A stretch of DNA of 64,000 nucleotides from NCBI RefSeq assembly GCF_002113885.1, contig NW_018405300.1:413913-477912 (forward strand). Reading direction: 5' to 3'. The position numbers and the translations under genes are program-made. The stretch is from Mizuhopecten yessoensis (lineage: Eukaryota). Shown here piece after piece: positions 1 through 13,913 of the stretch (its first letter is position 1; each line of letters opens with the position of its first letter). The notes beneath the pieces are model-generated. The model was not told the DNA's origin. It did not search any database and was given only the letters and a program-made list of their open reading frames with translations.

Positions 1-793
1 TCATAAATGCACCATTCTTACACAACAGCAGAATCTTGGTGTTTATAAAGGGATTCACCCAGAGGTTAAGCTTACTTACGTTCTACAGATCGTAAATGAG
101 CGTAACCCCCAGATTTCGGTGATGTGGTAGGTTGTGGAAGACAGTTATCATTGTAGAAATTGAAATTAATTAATTCTAGAGTAAATAATTTCATGAAATA
201 CGAGATTTAAAGGGTACCGCTAATCCATAGTTGAGCGAATAAATCATTTTTATAGCGCTAATACAGTTATACCGTACAAATGTATATACTTACGAACCAT
301 TTTGTGATTTTTGTATGATAGATTTCGTTGGGTACAGTATGATAACAGTTTATTAAAATTAATGTATAACATACTTGATTTGAAGATTTTAACTCCTTAA
401 AAATCACTCTTGCACGAAAAGATAATTTTTAATTCTATGTACCACTAACTTTGCAATTGCATTTAAAAATCGACATTTTCATCAATCGTAGGGAGATCCA
501 AATCTACATATTATATATATTATGAATGAATCAATCTGAGTAATTTTTGTTTTTGTATTTTACCATTGAAATAAAATCCGCCACTTGCGTAAGATAATGG
601 AATAAATTGTAACACTGAACGATACAAATTTTAAAGCAGATATTTTTCGTAGACGCCTATGTTATTTCCAGATACAAAGTAAGAAACTTAACGAAATCAA
701 TACTGTTTTAAACTGAATGAATTTAAAATATTTTTTGACCGTAATGAAAGTATGCGTTACGTTCAGTATCATTTGCCATTACAGATTTTCGCC

Positions 794-3700
794 ATGTCCG
801 CCGTTTTGTGGGTGTGTATGTGTGGTGCCCTCTGGGTCCTGGTCACGACTTTGCCGGTACAACAGCAGTCTGTTCAGGACTGGGTGGATCCAGGTAAGGG
901 ACAGTCAGGCCTCATAAAACGGTTTCTCGGTGTTGACAAAGTAAACACAACGCACATTCTAGTTAATTGATAAAGACAGTTTTACATGATGTTACATTGA
1001 TTTATAAATTAGATATGCATATTGAAATTACTAGTTCATATTTCATAAACAAGCAAATTTATCTTTTCGAAAACTATTGAAAGAAGAACGTATATTAATA
1101 AACAGTTAAAACAACAACGACCGAAATAGGGATATACACTTTTAAATTAATTAAAACCGAAACGGTGTATACCAGAATATGTATTAATTAAACAATTTAA
1201 ACGATAACGGCCTTAAGATGGACATATATTGGTAAATAATTAAAACAAAAACGGTTTATACCAGAATATGTATTAATTAAACAATTTAAACGACAACGGC
1301 CTTAACATGGACATATATTGGTAAATAATTAAAACAAAAACGGTTTATAACAGAATATGTATTAATTAAACAATTCAAACGATAACGGCCTTAAGATGGA
1401 CATATATTGGTAAATAATTGAAATCAAAACGGTTTATACCAGCTAAAGTATTCATAAAACAATGAAAACCTAAACGGCCTTAACAGGGACATAATTTATT
1501 AAAATAATTAAAACCAAAACGGTTTATACCAGAATATGTATTAATTAAACAATTTAAACGACAACGACCTTAAGATGGACATATATTGGTAAATAATCAA
1601 AATCAAAACGGTTTATACCAGAACATGTATTAATTATACAATTCGCTTGACAACGGTCAACATTTTTAAAACAATCAAAACTACAACGGTCTAAGCAGGA
1701 CTTGTATTAATCAAATGATTAAAACGACACCAGTCTGCACCAGAATGAATCCACGCTCAGACTCAAATTATGTGCTCGAACTGTCTTTCCTGTAAGTCGC
1801 CGAACCTTGCAATGAGATCAAAAGTATATAGTAAGGCTTATGCTAAATTCATAGGACATTTTATATAATATGATATTTTAAAGGACGTTTTCTCATTTTG
1901 ATAAGGTCCACTTTCGTGGGACGTCAAGGTCAGAAACACGGATGTTTGGCCACATCCTAGTCTGATGTAGAATTCAAGTTTTATTCGAACTTTAGGCCAT
2001 TGGCCCATCAGTATACAATACATATTATACACAAATCATGGACTTAATGTACAGATAATGAAGGCAATCATATTCCATTTTGATACCCTTAATTTGTTTG
2101 CCTCATAGATGAATTTTTCCTAGTATACACAATTCTTTAATATTATGGACACTCAATAACTGAACGGCTTTAACACAGATGTTTTTTTCCAATAATAGCT
2201 TTTTGATAAAACGTGATCTGAGATTTTGGAATTTAGAACAGAGTAATAAAAAATGAAATTCGTCCTCTACTTCAGAGGGGGAGTTACACTGTTTACAATA
2301 TCTACGTTCTCTAGGTATATTTTTATACCTTCCAATTTCTACAGCCAAAGACNCATATTCCATTTTGATACCCTTAATTTGTTTGCCTCATAGATGAATT
2401 TTTCCTAGTATACACAATTCTTTAATATTATGGACACTCAATAACTGAACGGCTTTAACACAGATGTTTTTTTCCAATAATAGCTTTTTGATAAAACGTG
2501 ATCTGAGATTTTGGAATTTAGAACAGAGTAATAAAAAATGAAATTCGTCCTCTACTTCAGAGGGGGAGTTACACTGTTTACAATATCTACGTTCTCTAGG
2601 TATATTTTTATACCTTCCAATTTCTACAGCCAAAGACTGTGTAGATGTACGGATTCGAGTTAAACAAATGCGATATTTCATTGGTATATATTTTGTGAGG
2701 TAAAATTGTAATGATTCTCCGAAATTAATGATATTTTTATATAATAAACATTTTGGAGAGTTTTCCATTGAGGCCCTAAGGGATTGTATGCCTTGATCAA
2801 AAATTCTTTGTTTTATCAATGGTAATAACACATTTTGCTGAGAAATACATGCATGGATTTAACCAAACATCCTTAAGACCTAGATTATTCAGTTCATCTT
2901 TAGTCCAGTTGAAATCATTTTTACTACAACATTTTAATAAAAAAAATCTATAGGAAGTGGAAATGATACAATTTTAAGATTTTAAGATCTTAAACCAATA
3001 TTTTATCATTCTAATTTTTCTCATACAAACTAGAGGTAATCGTCCCAATTCAAGATATACCATGTTGTTATTGGCCGATTTCTTCACTTTTAGTAATTTT
3101 TACAAAAATGTAAATGTACATGTTCTATCTCTGGAGCTTTGTGCATACACCAAATTTCACTTGCATAAAAAAGGATACTGCTTACATATGTATCGAAAAG
3201 GTGTAGCATAGTTTTTACATTTAAGTTTAATGATGAACACTTTGAAAATAGTGCAAACATAGCTTTTCGTCCTTGGATAGCTAATTGTTTTTGGATAGAA
3301 GTGAATTTATTATTGTAATTTAGAATAACACCTAGGTAAGGAAATTGATCCACACATTCGACTTTACTTCCTTTGTAATACCATTTTTCATCATTATGTA
3401 ATTTTTTCACATTTTCTAAAAACTACAATTTTTGTTTTTCCGTATTTACAGTTAAACTCATTTTTGTAGAGTATTCAAAAAGGCTATCAAGAAGAGTCTG
3501 CAGACCNTCGACGTCATAATATGTTGCATCTTTTTCAATAAAGGACATTTCAAAATCATTAATAAAAAGTGAAAACAGCAATGGTGACAAAATTTCCCCT
3601 TGCAATAAACCGACATTGTTTTCAAAAAAGTTAGAGCATTTCCCATTAATTGAAACACAGGATTTGACTGATATATAAAGCGACTTAATAACAGACAACA

Positions 3701-6700
3701 TTTTCCCTCGAATACCAAGCCTAGTCAACTTGCGCCATGAGCTTAACCTGTCGACAAAATCAAACGCTTTGCGAAAATCTACAAAATAACAGTACAATCT
3801 TTTCTTAGATGGCAATGTTTTTGTTATAATAGTATGTAATGCAAATATAGCATCTATCGTACTCACTTCCGGACGAAATCCGAATTGAGCATCTGTTAAA
3901 ATATCATATTTTGTACAAACATCTAAAATACGTTTATTAAGTATAGAAGTAAAAAGTTTACTAAGACAGCTTATTAAACTGATGCCTCGAAAGTTATTAG
4001 GGTCATTACGTGTACCTTTTTTATGAACAGGAATAATAATAGCCGGTGTGGTTATCGTTTTCGTGTTTTTTGAGTCGAGACATTTTGATGTACATAACAT
4101 GAGCAAAACAAACACTTTTACGAACAGAGGAATAAAGCAATCTGAAACATTTCCCAGTGGATTTATTTCATAAACTATCCCGTGTTGTTTCCGTATAAAT
4201 CGATGACCTGTCATTTGACCGTTTATTACCTCATTAGCAGTACAAGGACACACACGGAAGCGTACATAATTGATTACCTCATCACTCATTAAGTCAGACT
4301 GACATTTGGTAATAGTATAATCTTAGTCGTTTTAATATTTATATAAAAATGAGATTGTGGACAGCTACTCAAGTTGAAGTATCGATTTTTAAATTTTAAT
4401 GGGACGAGACGAAAGTTTTTTTATCAGTTAAGTTGATATCCTCCAAAGCATGTCTGGACCAAATGGTTTTCGTCACACTCGTTGATAATGTCCGAAATCA
4501 ATGTCAGCAAAGTGTTGCATGATACTGGAGATTAAAGCTTGCTCTTTAACCACGGCATTATCTGTTGAATACGAACAATTATACTTGCGATAAGGAACCT
4601 AAACAAATAGACATAAACAAACAAACCTGATCTGAGATAATAAGTGAAGCCTCCCAACAAAACACATGCTTTCGTCCACCGCACCTTACGGTGCCTTCGG
4701 CCCTATGGATGTAAAGGGTGGTAAAACAATGTGATACCCTGTCACTCGATTTAGGTATATGACCGAAGGTAGAACATATCATGATACAAACTATGATATA
4801 AATATATATATATTTATATATTATAACGCGTTTAGGTAAGCTATAATATGTTAGATCAATTTCGTCATAATATGTTTGACATTCGTAATTTCTAGCTTCC
4901 CATTTTTTCTTTTGGCATTAAAATACTTCTTTTTAATATAAACTTTATTTCATTCCACATTAAGTTGCATGACACCACATAACATACAAAGTACAGAGGA
5001 ATGGGATCCGGAAACAAGTTGAAATAACCTTCACGAGAATTTATTTCATCAAATTATAGGCATGATGACAAAGTTACTGAATTCTATGGAAATTAAAGTA
5101 GAAAATTGAAATTTTGTGAGCGGGCTTGCGTAGATAGGTTTTTAAGTTTATAATTTGAAGGGTAGTTCTTAATATAGTCAGGCAAGGAGTTCCAGATACT
5201 GATGACAGATGGCAACACAGATCTAGTGGACGAAAATGATTACCCGTGCGAGTATCATGGTTGTGATAATTTCGGTTACGCTGAGGTATAATATTAAGAA
5301 GGTATTGAGGTGCCAGACCGCGAACCATTTTGTGGAAAAGAATAAGCTTGTGCTGTTTACGTCTTTCCACGAGGGGAAGCCAACCTGTTTCGGTATACAG
5401 TTTAACTCTACTTGTGAGTCTAGTGCCGCCAGTGATTATGCGTGCTGCTTCTAATTGAAGATTTTCTAATAACTCAGATTGAGCTTTAGTAAGGCAGTCC
5501 CATAAGATATAGGTCGAATAAGAGTGTAGACTAGTATAAGTTTGGAGACTATACCTGTCCAAAGCGAATTTGAATTTACGTAACATATTTATTTTAGGTG
5601 AAATTCTAGATATTAAATAATTGATGTGCTCATTCCAATGACCATTTCCAGAGAGAAAAATACCTAAATGCTTGTGTGTAATAACTTCAGAGGTGTTAGT
5701 ATTGTTCATATTTAAGGGAGGGTGAAAAGGTTTAATGTTTTTTCTACTAATGAGCAGGGTTTCTGTTTTGGAAGGGTTAAAATGTACTAACCATCTTTGC
5801 GACCAGTTATGAATGTTATTAAGGTCACTATTAAGAATTTCTGCGCTGACTCTAGGAATATCAACAGTGATGTAAAGAGAGGTGTCATCAGTGAATAATT
5901 TATTTTAGCTTGTATATCTTTAACAATGTCATTTATATATATCAGAAATAAAAGAGGCCCAATAATTGAGCCCTGTGGAACATCAGTCTTAACATGTAAC
6001 CAATTTGATTTTTTACCATTGATGACAACTGTCGGCTTTTGATTGGAGAGATAATTTTCAAACCAAACTGATAGCGAATTTCGAATCCCATAGCTGGATA
6101 ATTTACAAAGAAGGCTTTTATGCCAAACACGATCTNATTCAGATGGGAATACCCCAGATCTAATTGATCTGTTAAAGAGATTAATTAAGGGGACACATAT
6201 GATATTTACTGATTCTTTAAAAAGACGAGGATTTACCAGGTCAGAACCAATGGCCTTAGAACTGTTAGTGGTAAGAATAGCATCTGTGACATCATTAGCT
6301 GTGATGTTGATATCAGATTCATTTTAATATCACATAAGGAATTATTACATTCACTTTTTTTAGTGACACATTCCCAATTTATCAACAATCAGTCAACAGA
6401 TTTCTCATGTTAAACGTTGTTTTGTTTTCGATACATTTTTAGATTTTGTTGAAGTTGTCAATTGGAGGCGTACCTTGAAATCAGCACGATATGATTTTTT
6501 TCATTGCAGTAAATGAGCCAGTAGACCAGCAGAAGAGCTTCATTCTACAACCAAATGGGCTCCAAAACCAAAGGAAACAACAAAGTAGCTTGCCAAAAGC
6601 AAATCCATTTGCACACAAAAACAATCTGAGACGCATTGGTTTCCACAACAAAAATAATTTCGTTTTTCGTGATCAACCAATATCTGTAATTGGACCAGAC

Positions 6701-8434
6701 GGGCAGGTATACTACGTAGGTAACCAGCTCAGCCCAGCTAAAAACGTCCCAAAGACACCATCTGTTGTACCACAGGCTCCCGTCACAGACAACACGGTTC
6801 CACTACCGTCTCTCGGTTTCGGAACTCAGCCAGAAATGATGCTCTCTCATCCAGAACAGCCGAGTCAGGAAGCGCTCATGTTGGACAACACTGAGACAAG
6901 TCCAGCCCAGTCTATTTTAGAAGCCGAAATACAGTCGTTACAGAGAAAGCTTCCGTTAGAACCAGCAATTCCAGATATTTTGCAAACAGCTACAGTCATG
7001 ACAACGAATAACGATAACACAGGTAGTGATGACGATGATGATATTAAGGATGATGACATTAATGATGATGACTCAAATGATGACGACGATGACGATTTAA
7101 ATGATGAACACGATGATAATGTAAATAATGACGACGATGACGACATTAATAACGAAGACGATGACGACGTCAACAATGAAGACGATGACGGCGTAAATGC
7201 TGAAGACGATGACGAGACAAATAATGAAGATGATGATACAAATAATGAAGGTGTTGATAACGTAAATGCTGAAAACGATGACGATACAAATAATGAAGAT
7301 GATGATAACGAAAATGCTGAAAACGATGACGATACAAATAATGAAGATGATGATAACGAAAATGCTGAAAACGATGACGATACAAATAATGAAGATGATA
7401 ACAACGTTTATACTGAAGACGATGACGATACAAATAATGAAGATGAGGATAACGTAAATGCTGAAAACGATGACGATACAAATAATGAAGATGATAACAA
7501 CGTTAATACTGAAGACGATGACGATACAAATAATGAAGGGGATGATAACGTAAATGCTGAAGACGATGACGATACAAATAATGAAGATGATAACAACGTT
7601 TATACTGAAGACGATGACGATACAAATAATGAAGATGATGTTAACGTAAATGCTGAAAACGATGACGATACAAATAATGAAGATGATAACAACGCTAATA
7701 CTGAAGACGATGACGATACAAATAATGAAGATTATGATATAAATAATGAAGACGATGATACAAATAATGAAGACGATGATAACGTTAATGCTGATGGCAA
7801 TGACGATACGAATAATGAAGATGATGACGTAAATACTGACACAAATAATGAGGATGATGACAACAATGTCGAAGAAGGTGATGATACAAATATTGAAAAC
7901 GATGACGACGTAAATAATAATACTGATGATATAAATGATGACACTAATACCGATGATGATAACGACATAAATGATGACAATGGTGATGTTATGAACGATG
8001 ATATAGATAATGAAGACATACACACAGATAATGAAGACAACGATGATGTAAATGATCAAAACGAAAACGACAATGAAGATGAAAACGATACAACTGAGGA
8101 TGATGCAAATGATTCAAACAACGAGCAGACAAATGCTATCACAGAAGCTGACGATGACATCGATAACGACAACGAAGTTGATGATGTAACTGACGCGAAT
8201 ATAAACGAAAATGACGGTGATGACAATAATGAAGATGAAGAGGAAATTTTCCAGGGCGATTTCAATGAAAACACAGTTCCTTCTATAGAAGATATAGAAG
8301 ATATAGTAGACGTCGAATCAATAGAAAATGACATTGACGAAGAAAAAGACGCTTTTGATGATAACAGTATTGATGATAATGACGAGGACGACAATGACGA
8401 GGATGACAATGATGATGATGTTGATGTAGGTGGC

Positions 8435-8477
<43 letters not shown>

Positions 8478-9958
8478 CAATAAATCACTTTAATGAATTA
8501 ATCAATTCAGCAGATACAGACAACGACGAAACAATTGAAAATACTGATAATGTACAATCAAACGAAATCGGTATAAACGACGACGACAATGATGATGATA
8601 ACGACGATGATGNNNNNNNNNNNNNNNNNNNNNNNNNNNNNNNNNNNNNNNNNNNNNNNNNNNNNNNNNNNNNNNNNNNNNNNNNNNNNNNNNNNNNNNN
8701 NNNNNNNNNNNNNNNNNNNNNNNNNNNNNNNNNNNNNNNNNNNNNNNNNNNNNTGAACGAATCTGAGAAGGAGATGGATACGGACGTTGACGATAATGAC
8801 GAGGGTATTCCAAGTGTAGAATTATCATCAGGGGAAGCAGTTGGCAGCAACGACGACAATGTTAATGATTTAATATCAAACGATTTTAATGTATCTGATG
8901 AGAAGGAGGACGAGGAGGACGAGGAGGATGGCAACAAAGACGATGCTGATGTAGAAGGCGATACTCCAAGTGCAGAATTACTACCAGAGCAAACACCAGA
9001 TAACATCAACAATGATGATGTACAATCAAACGAGTTAAATGGGTCTGAAGGGGAGGAGGAGGACAATGACGATAAAGAAGACGACGACACTCCAAGTGCG
9101 GAATTATTATCAGGAGAACAAGTGGTCGACGACGAACATGAAGACGCCGATGATATAAACTCAACCACGTTAAATGAATCTAAGGAGGACATGGACGGGG
9201 ATGATGAAGACGATGACGATGAAAAAGACGGAGCGTCAACTGCAGCATTACTANNNNNNNNNNNNNNNNNNNNNNNNNNNNNNNNNNNNNNNNNNNNNNN
9301 NNNNNNNNNNNNNNNNNNNNNNNNNNNNNNNNNNNNNNNNNNNNNNNNNNNNNNNNNNNNNNNNNNNNNNNNNNNNNNNNNNNNNNNNNNNNNNNNTCAT
9401 GATGCCGATTATGATAACAAATATGAAGAGGAGGTGGAGGAGGAGGAAGATGATGATGAGGAGGAGGAGGAGGAGGAAGACGACGGTTTAATTAAGGCTT
9501 TTAAAAATCACATCGCTACTAAATTTGGTATCGACCTGACCGGTATTAATGATCCTGATCAGCTGCTTGATCATTTGAGTGAGGTCATGGAAGATACCTC
9601 AAATAGCGAGAGCAATGAGAACAGTGAAGTCAACTATGAATTACTGGGCAAATTGGGATTTAAACAATCAGGCGATGAGAGTTCGGACGAATTCCTTGAG
9701 AAAGTGCTTGATGAAATTGAGGGTCATTCTGGAAGCGAGGAAAGTAGAGAAAGTTCAAATGAAACCGAGGAAGACTCAGAAGAGGATGTTTCTGAATCAG
9801 ATTCTAGCATTCAGCCGATTGTGATGGATTCCCCGTATGCTTTACCTAACGAAGGATATGCCATCAGTCCGGACATGGTGTTTGACGACGTGGTGGGAGC
9901 ATCTCTCCAAGGTGTAGATAACACAGAAGTTGTATCATTACCTGTCGGAGCCCTCTGA
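794..9958 (+). CDS. Secreted, highly acidic Asp/Asn/Glu-rich repetitive protein (~1182 aa incl. N gaps); candidate shell/biomineralization matrix protein; 2 coding exons
   Basis: Exon 794-893 (acceptor cag at 782-784, GCCATG start, MSAVLWVCMCGALWVLVTT-LP hydrophobic signal-like N-terminus, donor CAG|GTAAGG) joins in phase 1 to exon 6510-9958 (acceptor ttttcattgcag|, G+TA=Val). Long D/N/E tracts with a 16-aa repeat. N gaps at 8613-8753 and 9254-9396. AATAAA at ~10380. Confidence 0.85.
1095..1740. repeat. Intronic tandem repeat, ~89-bp unit (dimer of ~45-bp subunits), ~6-7 copies
   Basis: Motif ccagaatatgtattaattaaacaatttaaacg...aacggtttata recurs at 1172, 1261, 1350, 1439, 1529 and 1618. Confidence 0.9.
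1970..4045 (-). mobile_element. 5'-truncated, decayed non-LTR retrotransposon (LINE; RTE-X-like ORF2: RT plus C-terminal CCHC zinc knuckle)
   Basis: ORF pieces 3423-4045 (PNNFRGISLISCLSKLFT, QFGFR, FVDFRKAFD, GLLQGEILSPLLF), 3090-3410 (YLGVIL) and 2388-2831 (RYCKQC..VEDEFHFLLLC), with stops and frameshifts. Minus-strand AATAAA tail near 1980. The clade call is tentative. Confidence 0.85.
5000..6320 (-). mobile_element. Decayed CR1/L2-group LINE fragment (RT and C-terminus)
   Basis: Minus-strand translations VPQGSIIGPLLFL (~5945-5985), LFTDDT (~5881-5898), HKHLGIFLS..W..HIN and LENLQLEAARIITG..GWLPLVERR (ORF 5074-5709), with frameshifts. Confidence 0.85.
7190..7790 (+). repeat. Coding tandem repeat, 48 bp / 16 aa (NAENDDDTNNEDDDNV-type), ~12 copies with alternating NAEN/(Y,N)TED variants
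   Basis: Visible directly in the DNA (aaatgctgaaaacgatgacgatacaaataatgaagatgatgataacg) and in the 6491-9958 translation. Confidence 0.9.
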
Positions 9959-10409
9959 TCTCATCACATGGTGGGTCCATGGCCCTATGAACAATTAATC
10001 ACATCCTAAGTGCCATTTTAGGGTCACTGGTAAAAGGTATTTAGGCTTTGTAACTTCACGAACAATTCTTTAAGCTTGTTTTTTCTATGGAAGTGTGACA
10101 GAAAAGCTTTATTGAGATCGAGAACTTTTATGAAATTAAAAGAAATCGAATGGTAATATTCAAGTACATTATCGTCATTTTAAACAGCTGTTATATTTTC
10201 TACGGTTGAATTGATAGGCAAATCAACGTGCATACAGAGTAACAGCTATGTAACGTAATCGTCGTTCAATTTTTATTGAGAATTGTAACGCATATAATTT
10301 ATTTGACAGTTTTGCTGATAACATGTTGATGGTAATACTCTACAGTTTAGACTTAAGGTGTACAAGATTGTATACAAACAATAAAGAAAACTTCTATTAA
10401 TTAAACAAG

Positions 10410-10728
10410 ACAAAAGAACTCGAGGGCATTCATTCTACATGGACAAATCAAGAAGTAGATTAGACGTTCGTAAATACTCGTTTACTCAGCGTTTAGTCAG
10501 CAGCTAGAACTCCTTACCCGAGTACGTGGTCCAAGCACCGAATATCATAACATTTAAAAATCGCCTTGATAAGTTTTGGGACACTGGCGACAGGATGTTT
10601 ACAATAACACCCGAGTGATGTCACATACACTATATTACATGTATATAATTATTATTTGAAGGACTGTGATCTGAATATAGAGGCAAATGTATATGCCTGC
10701 GTTCAGAATAATCTAAGTAAATCTAAGT
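10410..10728 (+). mobile_element. 3' end remnant of a CR1 LINE
   Basis: Broken translation RTRGHS..RSRLDVRKYSFTQR..VVQAPNIITFKNRLDKFW, followed by a 3' stem-loop (tctgaatatagaggc...gcctgcgttcaga) and a short aatctaagt tandem tail. Confidence 0.75.
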
Positions 10729-10858
10729 TAAAAAAACAAACAAAAAAAACACCCACGTATGACATTGATACATATATTTCATGAAAATCAGTTATTGTTC
10801 ATGACATGATATGACAATGATAATTATGGAAGGAGAAATCAATATCTTAACAATTATA

Positions 10859-11020
10859 TTACAAACGTAAGCACTTCGATCGTCTTAAAGCTACAATAAA
10901 GCATGGCAAGGTTACAAACGTAAGCACTTCAATCGTCTTAAAGCTACAATAAAGCATGGCAAGGTTACAAACGTAAGCACTTCGATCGTGTTAAAGCTAC
11001 AATAAAGCATGGCATGGTTA
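10859..11020. repeat. 53-bp tandem repeat x3
   Basis: acaaacgtaagcacttcgatcgtcttaaagctacaataaagcatggcaaggtt at 10861, 10914 and 10967. Confidence 0.9.
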
Positions 11021-11968
11021 AGAAATACGACATTAATAAATGTATGAACAGACATATTTACAAATATATTGAGAATAATTGTCGCTGTACATGGTATTCC
11101 AATGCAAAAGAGTTGGAATACAATGATTTCAAGAGTTCTAATTTATATGTACATATATAAAAACGCACTCGTAGGTTTATATATGGAAAGATACAGTTAT
11201 TTTCATATACTGTATGTTCGCGTACTTGTTCGACGAGCTGAAATTTTCGCTTTCCTAAAATCTCTTAAGTTTATATATTATATTTATCTACCTTATAAAT
11301 ATAAGCGTGTGAAGGCTCTCTCGTTAGTTAACTCCACGCGGAAAAAAATGCGAACATGGCCACACCGCGAAAATCTGCACCTTTAGAGTATAATTAAAGA
11401 AAACATCTAAATCAAAGATACTTTATACAATTCCTAAATAATATTTCATCCACAATAAAGTTTGGTGCCTTAAAGGTGATTTATGAAAACCCATTAAGCA
11501 GAATTACGCGACTTCACATATCGCAGGTAGTGGCAGCCTCTGTAAACATTACGACATCATACACTTTACAGTGCTGTAAATACTGAAAGGTAACGAAGGT
11601 CAATTTCTAAAGGTCAATTTCTAAATGTCAATTTCTATGCCTTTTTCTTGGCTTGCGATACTCGTTTCGTTTCAGTTATCTTTAAAGTACTATATTACAT
11701 TATGCATCAGAATAATTACACTGCGTCGAAGATAAAATCTAAAGATAAGCGTATCATCTACTAAGTCGGGAATGGTGCGTCGAAAATAAACCAATATACA
11801 TTAAACCCAAATATAAGGGCATTATCAACTACGTCAGTATTAAGGGAATGGTGATTCAACAAGACCAATAAGTGCAGACTCTTACACGTTTACACTCTGT
11901 TTTCACAAAATGATAAGCAGACATTACATAAACGTCATTATCGCGTTACGACATGGGCGCAGTATTAT

Positions 11969-13913
11969 TTAATCAACACTCATACTCTCTTCACTCTCGA
12001 TGTCATCAAAAAGAACGTTGAATCTTGTCTCGAGCAGGCTGTTCTTTCCTACCGGTGACAAGGGGTTACCACAGAGATCAACTTCCTGTAGAGATTGCAT
12101 CTTCACTAGCTTATCGACGTCAATTTCTGAAGAAGAAGAAAAAAGAAAAATAAATCCAATTCAACTACATGATTTTCACAACCAGGTTTCATTCATACGT
12201 AGAACCAAATACTTAATGACCCCTACGTTAGTTTCTGCGAAGACGAAAAACAAACAAACCGACATAGTACATAATATGGTGTTCAGAAATAAATTAAATC
12301 CACAGTACCAGATAAGTACATACCAGAGATTGCATTCCTGCTCATCTTCAGTACCAGTAGATTACCACACTGGTAAACCACTGGTGGTACTACACTAAGG
12401 CGGTTCATAGAAAGGTCCAACACCTTCAGCTCTGACATCCCTGCCATTTTTTCTGGTAACTCAGATATCGAGTTTTTACTGAGATTAAGTTCTGAAACAT
12501 ATGTCATGACATGTTGTAGGAAAATGTATGTGAAAAGGTAATTTGATACAAATCAGACCCGTCATGTACCATTTATCGCAGCCTTTCGTAGAGAATCGGA
12601 GTGAAGGTTCTGATTTTAATCTGATTTGTGAAGAAGGGCATGATGGTCTACAAATGATCTACAAGCAATTGAAGAATAACATATTTGCCAACATTCCAAA
12701 TTTATGACCTCTATTTGACAAAATAATCGCGTTAAACCCACTTATTTAAGCTTGAACCTCGGTTTTACTCACATTGAGCTAGACTATCCATCCTTCAAAA
12801 TATCAACAGTTTGTGAAAAATCATGTTTTTATTTGGAATTTCAATTTACGGGTATTGAATATTATCGTATTAAAAAGGGCGGGTTCCATCCCATACGGTT
12901 GACAACACGTTAGAGGAAACATAAGAATATGTTAAAGAATTATCACAACAACACAACTTGTCAAATATGCTCTACCATCCTCGATACGCCAAAGGTTTCG
13001 CAGCGAGCAGAATCCTTGTATTATCGAGGATGACGTTCTACATGAGAGAAAACGTACGTAGCGTTGCAAAGTCAGACAACTACAATGCTTTGTGTAATTA
13101 TATATTATATACTTTGTGGGAATACCTTGGAGCTGGTTCAAGTTAACTGGCAACTTTGGTGGGACTTTCTGTAGCTGGTTCTGTGATAAGTTACATGTCT
13201 GTATAGTTGTCCCCCTCAGTACCATGTAAACGGCATCAGGCACCTTCATCAGACCACAGCCAGACAGATCTACAACGATACAGTGTAACTGTAGACTGTG
13301 TTACGTTCGGACACATACGCCCATCTTTTTTTTGTTTGTTAAAGGGAATCTTTTTATTGACAAACATCAGAATTAAGACAGAGAAGATTTTAAGTAATGT
13401 GTCAAGGAGATAGCAATACGTACATTGTTATAACGCGGCCAGCGCCTTCTATATATGAATAAATGTTCCTTGTTCGATTATTATGTCTATAAACTCGGGT
13501 TACTTTCTTTTAAAATCAACTATCGAGAGAGGATAAATATAAGAAAACCAATCATCACGAGTTAAGGGAGTCTGTGTGTGAGATAGACTAGACTATATAC
13601 ACCACTCTAGTGTATCCTAGGGTTAGTTTGTTTTGTGTAGAAGCACGTGTGTACGCGATGGTGGTGTATGCACATCACGTGTAGCTCAGCTGTGTCTATA
13701 TTTATCTACATGAACAAACTTTTCGTACCTCACAAGTGTATACATATTACGCTGTTTACAAATCTCCGTACTTTAGGTCTACTCTCCATATTACAGTTGC
13801 GTATGGTAACGGATATGTAACTTACCTAAAGCACCATTTTCCTTAGCTGTTTGAAGACGTCTAGAAATTTCAGCAACTTCCGATGCTGCTTTCCTCTGCA
13901 CCTCTGTCGCCAT
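11969..13913 (-). CDS. LRRC20: Leucine-rich repeat-containing protein 20-like, paralog A (185 aa, 4 coding exons)
   Basis: Exons 13913-13826, 13269-13126, 12491-12324 and 12126-11969; all GT-AG with phase-1 introns. MATEVQRKAASEVAEISRRLQTAKENGALDLSGCGLMKVPDAVYMVLR...LDLSMNRLSVVP..VDLCGNPLS matches the LRRC20 architecture. Confidence 0.85.

Noticed and set aside
2069-2637. Exact 284-bp tandem duplication of the LINE zinc-knuckle region
   Set aside because: The copies are identical and separated by a single N (2353), typical of an unmerged contig overlap.
3480-3540. Apparent absence of the YADD catalytic motif in the LINE RT
   Set aside because: A single-N join (3506) falls exactly there, so sequence may be missing from the assembly.
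6491-6509. ATG at 6491 as the start of the acidic protein
   Set aside because: It lies in the polypyrimidine tract/acceptor. The upstream signal-peptide exon joins in the correct phase and is the better start.
6865-9192. Antisense Ser-, Ile- and His-rich ORFs
   Set aside because: These are shadow frames of the GAT/GAC/AAT-rich acidic coding strand.
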